DNA of 41,910 nucleotides from Folioceros fuciformis (Eukaryota): positions 1 through 41,910 of the forward strand of contig JBNGIO010004074.1 in the NCBI GenBank assembly GCA_049999805.1, read 5' to 3'. Position numbers and translations under genes: made by a program. Below are positions 34,472-41,910 of this stretch, one piece after another. The notes beneath the pieces are model-generated. The model saw only the letters and a program-made list of their open reading frames with translations, had not been told where the DNA came from and did not search any database. The number at the start of each line of letters is the position of its first letter. Position 1 is the stretch's first letter.

Positions 34472-35350
34472 TTCTGCGCACGCACGGAGGAACATTTCCG
34501 CTTAACCCAGACCCCAGGAACCCGGAGAACAAAGCTGCCCACACATCCAGCACCGCCCCAAATGGAGCCGGAGCCTTCTTGAGTGTCAGACCCATTTGGG
34601 TTGGTACTCCCGGCCACACAACCCACCACACCAACCTTCTCCAAATCTAGCAACCGGACTGCGCTCAGGCGCTTGCTCTACCTTCTCCACTCACTAGCAT
34701 CACGGACGAATCAGGCAGAGCAGTAGATGCAAAGGCTGGCCAGCCCCAGTCCAGCCCAGTTCTCAAGATCCGACGGAACAACACACTTGCGAGAGCGGCA
34801 AGGAGCAACAGCAAGGCTGAACCAAGGAAATCTACGCGACAGCATCGCACACGCCCAGGCGAAGCAAATATCAACTCACCTGTCCGAAATCAGAGTGATG
34901 CTCCTGCTGCGGGAATGACGGCAGGCTGGTGTTAAAAGTCTGTGAGCAGCCTTCTAAGCTGGGGTCAGGCACAGCCACAACAAACGCTGCCGCCTACAAC
35001 AGGAAAGAAGACGCAAGCTATATGTATATATATTCGTGCACTGCACCGGTCCTCAGTTATTATCTCGGGAGGTTAGGCCTTGCGAAGGAGGACGGAAGGT
35101 GTCTGATTGAAGTGTTATCTGCAAAAGTGGATCTGCTCTTTTCGGCAGACTTTTTTTTTTTTTTTCCTTCTCTGGACGGCTGAGCTCAGAATGTCACACG
35201 TTCCTGGCTGGCACAGTGTAAAAGATCCAGTCAGGCTAGATATGATTGGTGTGTAATACGGCCCGCGTACTGACAGTGTACATATGTACATATGTACATG
35301 CATACGTCTGGGAGGCCAGGTTTGTGTTGGAGAACCTCGAAAGCTCCGAA

Positions 35351-36904
35351 ATGGAGTTGGGCTTGGGAGGTGGTTTCGATGACAAGGCATTAAGGGGCGC
35401 TCTGACCGTGGAGTACATCAATGGGAAGTCGGTGGCGAGTCGAGTCTTTGCTCGCTATCCCCTGAAATTCATGATTCCCGAGAAGGTGAGTCCGGGAACA
35501 TCTTTGTTCTCGGAAATTGAGACCTAGTTTATCTTGATTGTGCCTGTAGGAGCAAGTCGCTTATCATGCATGGTATGCAGATGGCTGCATCTGAGGTGGA
35601 CGTGGTTTGGGTCTACGCAATCACATACGGGGGTGGAGTTGTTTCGGTGAAAACCTTAAGCCCATAGTGTTGGGGATTGGCCAGAGGTGGTCTTCTTACC
35701 TGGGATGTTAGTTTGATCTAACATGAGCTGTGTGATAACGTCATATCAGGGTGACATTATAGACTACAGAATTGATGTAGCTGGAGCATGCACTGTAGTG
35801 CTCACTACCCAATCTTCAACGAAGGTGTGTGATGCAAAGTTTTGGTTGGCTTGTCGCTGTTGGTCGAGCAGTAACAGGCATATCTCTGCTTTCCTGTCTT
35901 GGGTTGCCAGGTGTTTAAGTCTCTCGGTGGAATGCTGGCTGAACAGAGGCTTACGGTAAGGCTAAGTTGGTGCATCAAGTCATTCTGGTGTGTAACCATT
36001 GTGGAGCCTCGCTAACTGGCCTTCTGTCATCGTCTGTGGGGTTAGGCATGTGTCGGAAGTGGTGCATTGTTTGCGTTGCTGCCCGATCCTGTCACTTGCT
36101 TTGCAGCTGCAAAATTCTCCCAGCTTCAGGTCTTCAGTTTAGCTTCTGATGGCAATCTGATCCTCCTAGACTGGCTAACAAGTGGTCGAAGGGAGCGTGG
36201 GGAAATCTGGGCTTTTGAAAGCTATAAAAGCAGGAACCACGTGTACATTGGCCAAAGCGAAGTGCTGATGGTGGACAATGTAAGTTGTTGATGTGGTTTT
36301 CTTGAAAGGTGGAAGCCTCCTCTAAAGAAACTCTGTTTGTGACAGCACATTGTTCTCATTTTCCATTGCAGGTTTTTCTTGAGCAAGGGGCGGGTCTATC
36401 TGTAGCAAAGCGCATGCAGGGCTTTCATGTTGTTGCCATGCTTACAGTCTACGGGTAGGTGTTGGGTACATCGAACCAAATCAACACAAGTGGAAAAGGA
36501 GGCTGACAGAAGAATCTGCTTTGCTTTTGTGTGTGTGCAGGACCCGATTGACGGCCTTCAGGCTGCAACTGCAAGATAGGGTACGCTCGTTTACAAGAGA
36601 AAGCCTCGGTCAAAGGCAAATTCAGCGAAGGCAGAAACGGGTTGGCGGATCAAGCGAGTGTGAGCAGACCATGTTCATTTCATCTTGCAGTCTGGGAGCT
36701 CATGTATGTCTGACAACCAAGGCATTTTGTTTTCTTCTTACGTTCTCCGTTCGGCTCAATGTCTTCATGTGGTGATGGATGCAGGATCAGGGCATAGTGA
36801 TTCGTATCACAGCAAGGACGACGGAAGCCGTCTACGATTTCTTGCGAGAACAATTTGCGTGTATTTTGCCTTTATTGGGAGCCCTTCCGTTTCTCGGAAG
36901 ATGA
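35351..36904 (+). CDS. URED: Urease accessory protein D, multi-exon
   Basis: RYPLKF, VVWVYAITYGGGVVS/GD, LTTQSSTK/VFKS, LLPDPVTCF, LLDWLTSGRRERGEIW, RITARTTEAVYDFLREQ. Confidence 0.93.
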
Positions 36905-37019
36905 TCTGATGTGAGCGTTCTTCGTCACCACTTACCCAACAACTTTTCCTGCTTTCAAAATTGGACGGTTGTTGAAGAGCTTACGCTCATGGGTCGTGAA
37001 ATTGAAAACTTGGGGAGTG

Positions 37020-39754
37020 TTAAGATTCGTCCGTTTCGTAGTTAGGTTCGACGTCCTCGTTGGGGTGTACTTGCACGTAGCTGCTCTTTGTCACTGCTAT
37101 TGGCCGTGGCACAGGAGGGATGGACAGCCCAAGGAGAAAGGCAACCACCTGCAGCAGAGGGCTTAGTCAGATGCAGTAGAATACCAGATTCAAGCAGCTT
37201 GTTCTGTTCAGGTGACGATCAGCAGGGCGCAAAGCGCTCGTAGTCACAAGCTGCCCGATTCCAGAGAGGCAAGATTTGTGTGAGTTCGGGCTACCATGGC
37301 AAATCCGGAGCAGATAATGCTGAACCCTGGGCAATGGAAGGGTGCCTTGTCGGACAGAAAGAGAGCTGCACAGGTAAACGGTAGGTGGTGGTCAGTACCC
37401 AATACATCAATGATTTAGAAGGGAAGTTCAGTTCCTCGTTTTACCTGTCAAAGGGCTAGTTATGAGAGGAGCCACTATGCTGGCAAACGAGCGCACACCT
37501 GCTACAAATCCTTGCAACTTGCCCTGCACAAATTTTCCAGAGTGTGCATATGAGTTTTTGCTAAAGCATGTGATGCTCATAGTTATCTCTGGCCTCTTTG
37601 CAGAGAACACACCTGCTCATCCGGCACAGCAGCTTTGGAAACGAGACTCCCAATCTGCATACGGCCGGCCACATGAGCCACAGGTAGGGGAGTCAGACTC
37701 ATACACGTTCATCTGCTGTCCCTACAAATTATATGAACAGTTTGGCAGCCAAGGTACTTACAATTGGAAAGACGAATACAAACAGCACTCCTGTCAGGGC
37801 AGCAGCATAGGGGACCTGTGATTACTAACTGTTAGCGCAGCAATGAGAACGTTAGGCTGCCTGTGTAAGACAGGAGATGTAAGCTGACTGATTACCCAAG
37901 GTGACCAGGCTATGCCATACAGGAAGGCCTGCATGCCGGAACAGCACGGCTTGTCAGTCACACGCTGAGGTAGTTCCTTTACGTAGGTCGACAGTATTTG
38001 CAAATGACCGCTAGTTGGTTATTGACACTGCCAGATGCATCATCCTTACGTGAACGAAGGATGCAAATAGGCCAATGCAGAGAACTTTCCGATCTCCAAG
38101 TAGGTGAACGAGAACTGGCATCACGATTATCTGACACACATGAAAACATCAGTATCCCGAATGAAAGTGGTTTGACCTAAGGTTGAGATGGTCAACCTAA
38201 CAATCAGGGAGAGTGGAAGGCCTCACCTGAGAAATGACCGAAGCTCCCCCGGCAATGAGCATCAACTCCGCAAACTGATCTTTCCCGAAATTGAAAGTGG
38301 CTTTCAAGTAGTACTGCGGTTGTGGAAGTTGAAATACAAAATTGCTTGTATTGCAACATAAAACCAGGTGACGAATGGTGTTGTGTAATCAACCTACCAA
38401 GAGCGAGCTCTGAAGTCCGGCTTCTCCAAGATTGGAGAAAAATGCGACCAGAGTGACTCGCATGAGCAATTTGCTGGTCCCCAGGCAAGACTATTAGATC
38501 CAGGACGACATCTCAAGGATCCGAGGATTGCAGATACAACTGAGAACATGGAAGCTATTTGCGGAGAGGATGAGTCCCTCACCTGCCTCGAACAAGTCCG
38601 GCAGTCTGTTGTATAGAAGTTCGACTGCGCATGATCATAGGTGCTGATGACATCCATGCGGGTTTTGGCTGCTCTGTGGTCTGATCCGGGGGAGTTGCTC
38701 CTGTGCTCATGAGTGGCTGCCTTCGATTGGTCTCCACCAAGAACACTTTCAAGTAAACGGCAGCGGCGAGGGAGAGCAATGCTGCTGCCTGGTGCGGGCA
38801 CCCAAGCACAATCAGAAGACGGAACATTGGCTAGCAGTGTACCCAAGTGAGATGAATGAGACTTTCAAGACATGAAGGTGTGTCTCACTTTGAAGACATG
38901 GTCCTCGCCAAGGCATCTGGCTAGCAAAGTTCCCATGACGAAGCCTGTTGAGAGAGAGCCCATCATGATCCCAAACGCAGGTGCCCTCAGCCTTTCCTCC
39001 ACAGTATCTGCCTGCCCACAAGCCTTACAGATTTCTGTCAGCCACAAGACGTTTGAGGCAGGAACCTGGCCACGCTGAAGGGTTGTTGCAGTCTTTACCA
39101 CATAAGCCAGAGCGAGGCATGTCGTGCTGCCTTCACTAACAACTGCTGCAATGGTGCGCAGGATGAAGTAGATGTAGACGAAGGTTGTGTTTCTGCTGTA
39201 GGACAAAACAGCTGGTTGTGCAATGGCGCGTAAACGATTAGCCAGTGAGACTCTCTAAAACAGGTGACAGTGCAACCGGCACAGCGTCCAGGCAATGCAA
39301 GAACTGGTAAGAAAACACCAGGATCGGTCTGTCTACGAGTACCAATCGGAATGATGGATGCCGTGAAAGGCACCAACAACAACGGTTTCCGCCCGTACTC
39401 GTCCGATAAACCTCCGAGTACTGGTGTTGCTAGCATGGTGCCTATGCCAGCTACCTGCGATGTTGCAGCCCTATTCAGAATCTCTGCAAGTTGCTTGTCA
39501 AGACAGGAGGTCTTGCACCTTGCCAGCAGCGTTGGCGTTAGACTCAAACTCACCGCCTGCTGGAAGCCAGACAGAAAGATGGCCAAGCTGCATTTGTTCA
39601 GGCCAGGGCAAAGAGCTGCCAGAGTGACATCGATGAGGGCAGGCCAGACCATCACAGCTGCCGTGTAATGGAGAAACAGAGCCAGCATGAGATGGGCAAG
39701 GGGTCGGACTACCCCAACCCTCTCCCTCATACTCCCCATAGCTGACTGCCTCAT
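37020..39754 (-). CDS. MFS transporter (HIAT1/MFSD14, tetracycline-transporter-like), multi-exon
   Basis: PALIDVTLAALCPG..CSLAIFLSGFQQA, PVLGGLSDEYGRKPLL (motif A), CLALAYV, YYLKATFNFGKDQFAELMLI, EQ/GKLQGFVAG, LFLSDKAPFHCPGFS. Start ATG uncertain (39754, 39739 or 39730). Confidence 0.92.
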
Positions 39755-40732
39755 CTTGGAGGCCGCCTAGAAGGCTTTCAGTTCAAATACCCGCACGCAT
39801 CTTCAATCCTTACTTGCAGTGCTTGTGAACAGACCCACGATGCCATCCATTCAAGGCTGCAATAGCGACGACGGCTTGACTGGCCACATTTCTGCAGCCC
39901 GCTTGCCTGGCCCGCATCAGCAAAAGAGAGCACTGCTGCTGCCTGAAACACATTGATGAGCAGGTGATCACTTCACAATGAAGCAAGACTTGTTTATCGC
40001 TTCATCCCCTCGTCGAGTCTACAGACTGCCAATTCTAACTCTACCGTTCAACCATGGATAACACAATGCTCTGATACGAGTCTCCCACTGCTGCCACTAC
40101 AGCAAGTCGCCTCCCCTCCGAATACCAACAGCAAGGGAAACCCACATGAATGCCTGTCTTCCTTGGCCCGTGGGTGTAAGCAAAAGCTCAGGCTGTTCTG
40201 AAATCTCACAACGTGATCTTGGGCTGGATAAAGAAGAGTCGGGCCAGAAAGCTACAGCCATCAACTTGAAGCTTGCTGCACACAGACTTCTTGACATCCT
40301 GGTCCGTCATTCTGACACAGCACCTGGACGTCTCCAGACACTGGGCCGCAATACCTTGCATCAAGAATCACTGGAGGGCAAACCTTCATCATTCTCCTGT
40401 TCCAAAGGAGCAAATCGAGCTAATTCACGCAGCGTTGTACACGTTGCGCGGACTGCAAACCTAAGCAAGAAGCCTCCGTTTTGGGACGTCGATCCTAAGA
40501 CGGACAGCAGAGTGTATCAAGAATCGCAGTACGTACAGCCGCACCCGATGTCCGGTTGTACAGGTAAACCTGCAGCGATCTCGTGCGGGACACAACGGAT
40601 CGAGGCCCGGGCTACCGCATGCAGCGCACAATATGCGCATACAGTAGTGTGTGGAGTTGTCATTAAAGACGTCCAAATTGGGAAACACTAGGTCATCTGT
40701 AATTCCAACAGTGGGCTTTACATGTACATACT

Positions 40733-40813
40733 GTTGGGCTCCGTCGCAACTAACGGTTCGCAGTTCCGTGTCGGAGCCCAACTAACGGTCCGCAGTCCTG
40801 TGACACGGAACTG
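40733..40813. repeat. Interlocked inverted and direct repeats
   Basis: IR gttgggctccg (40733-43)/cggagcccaac (40772-82); IR cagttccgtgtc (40761-72)/gacacggaactg (40802-13); direct repeat caactaacggt(t/c)cgcagt twice. Confidence 0.85.
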
Positions 40814-40979
40814 TGACAGTTGTTATATCAGGGCACGTGTCCAGGCAGCCTATGTGTCTTGAAGAAATGTATCTCAGAAGTATACGAACTGATTTCCAGA
40901 GGAAAGCATCACAAGGAGAAGGCATTACAAATCTCGACCGTAGACATACCAAGGAGAAGGACCGAGGGAGAGTGTCAGA

Positions 40980-41370
40980 ACTTTTTCCTAACACCCTGGC
41001 GCTCCCTAACACGAAGATTTTCCCCTGAACATGAAAACCCATAGCAAAGTACTTTTTCTCCCTTGTTGGCAGGCCAGGCTGAGACCATTGGTTTGGCAGC
41101 ATCCCTGCAGTGTCAGGGCATACCGGCCCCGACCGCTTTGAGAAGGCCCCAGATACTCTATCAAAAGATGCTCCCACTGTATCCTCTTTGGTACGTCATA
41201 TCTGGAATGTGGCATAGGGTTTGAAAAACATAGCATACAAAGCAACCGAGAGAGCTGATCCGTCGCGACTCCTGCGCGAGAAGGAAACCAACAATTTCTT
41301 CTAGGGTTTGGGATAGCTGACTCCGTTCCTTGCGAGGATGTAGGGATTTGTGCCCATGCTCCCTAATGTT
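40980..41370 (-). pseudogene. Possible degenerate kelch-repeat gene remnant
   Basis: Fragments YDVPKRIQWEHL and NQWSQPGLPTREKKYFAMGFHVQGKIFVLG in different frames resemble kelch repeats; no coherent ORF. Confidence 0.3.
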
Positions 41371-41910
41371 GATGTTGTGTCAGGTATGTTGTGCAATGCT
41401 GATTGCAGATCTCGAATGCAGGACTTTCCGTGAAGGGATTTCTCCGCTTGCTCTTGAGCTTTAGTGTTTTGTTCCCAGTGCTTTCACCTTTGCCTTCTCT
41501 CTACGAGGCTTGGCGTTCTCTCAACAAGGGAATCTTGCCTGATGTTTGATCCACCCTGAACCAACAGAAAATATCCTGAGGCTTCGGCCAAGGGAGGTGG
41601 CTGAATTAATTTGTCTGGCGACGAGGTGAGGGGATGCAAACTATGGAATAGAGAATAGTAGAGACTAGAAGAAATCGCAGAATGACAGGAGAAGGATAGC
41701 TCAGAACGGAAACGGCAATTCAAGGCGTACAGCGACTGGCGATGGAGTAGGAAAAGATAAAAAGAAAAATCTGGTCAGCAACCCTGCGGTGCAAGGCAGA
41801 TCGCCTGTCAGCCATGGCTTCCGGAGAAAAACGTAGGAGAAGGAGCTCTGGAGACAACGACGGCGGCGATGAGGATGCACAACCACCTCCTTCGAGGACA
41901 GCTAAAAGAG

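Noticed and set aside
35351-39754. UreD plus MFS transporter as a bacterial urease operon fragment or HGT
   Set aside because: Both are intron-rich, convergent, and resemble ordinary plant nuclear families.

Overview
Eukaryotic plant nuclear DNA with dense genes, short GT-AG introns (mostly ~75-140 nt) and one 10-N assembly gap. A hornwort (Anthoceros-like) origin is inferred from compactness plus a DYW:KP/DRH-type PPR gene; this is not verified. Left to right: a decayed PIF/Harbinger transposon (~1-2850), an intron-containing eIF4A-III pseudogene, a PLS-class PPR gene with a variant U-to-C-type deaminase domain, a GT47/exostosin glycosyltransferase whose stop codon overlaps the first in-frame ATG of my PPR model (TAATG), a truncated RPA70-C-like OB-fold, RanBP1, UTP11, a P-class PPR gene, an AT4G36440-like type-I membrane protein, an intronless RPS14, an RBR E3 ligase, a TRAIP-like RING ligase, a bifunctional nuclease, UreD, an MFS transporter and a degenerate kelch-like remnant. 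Gene models were spliced by eye and family calls come from remembered motifs, not database searches. The best leads are the candidate U-to-C editing factor and its near-zero spacing to the upstream GT47 gene.
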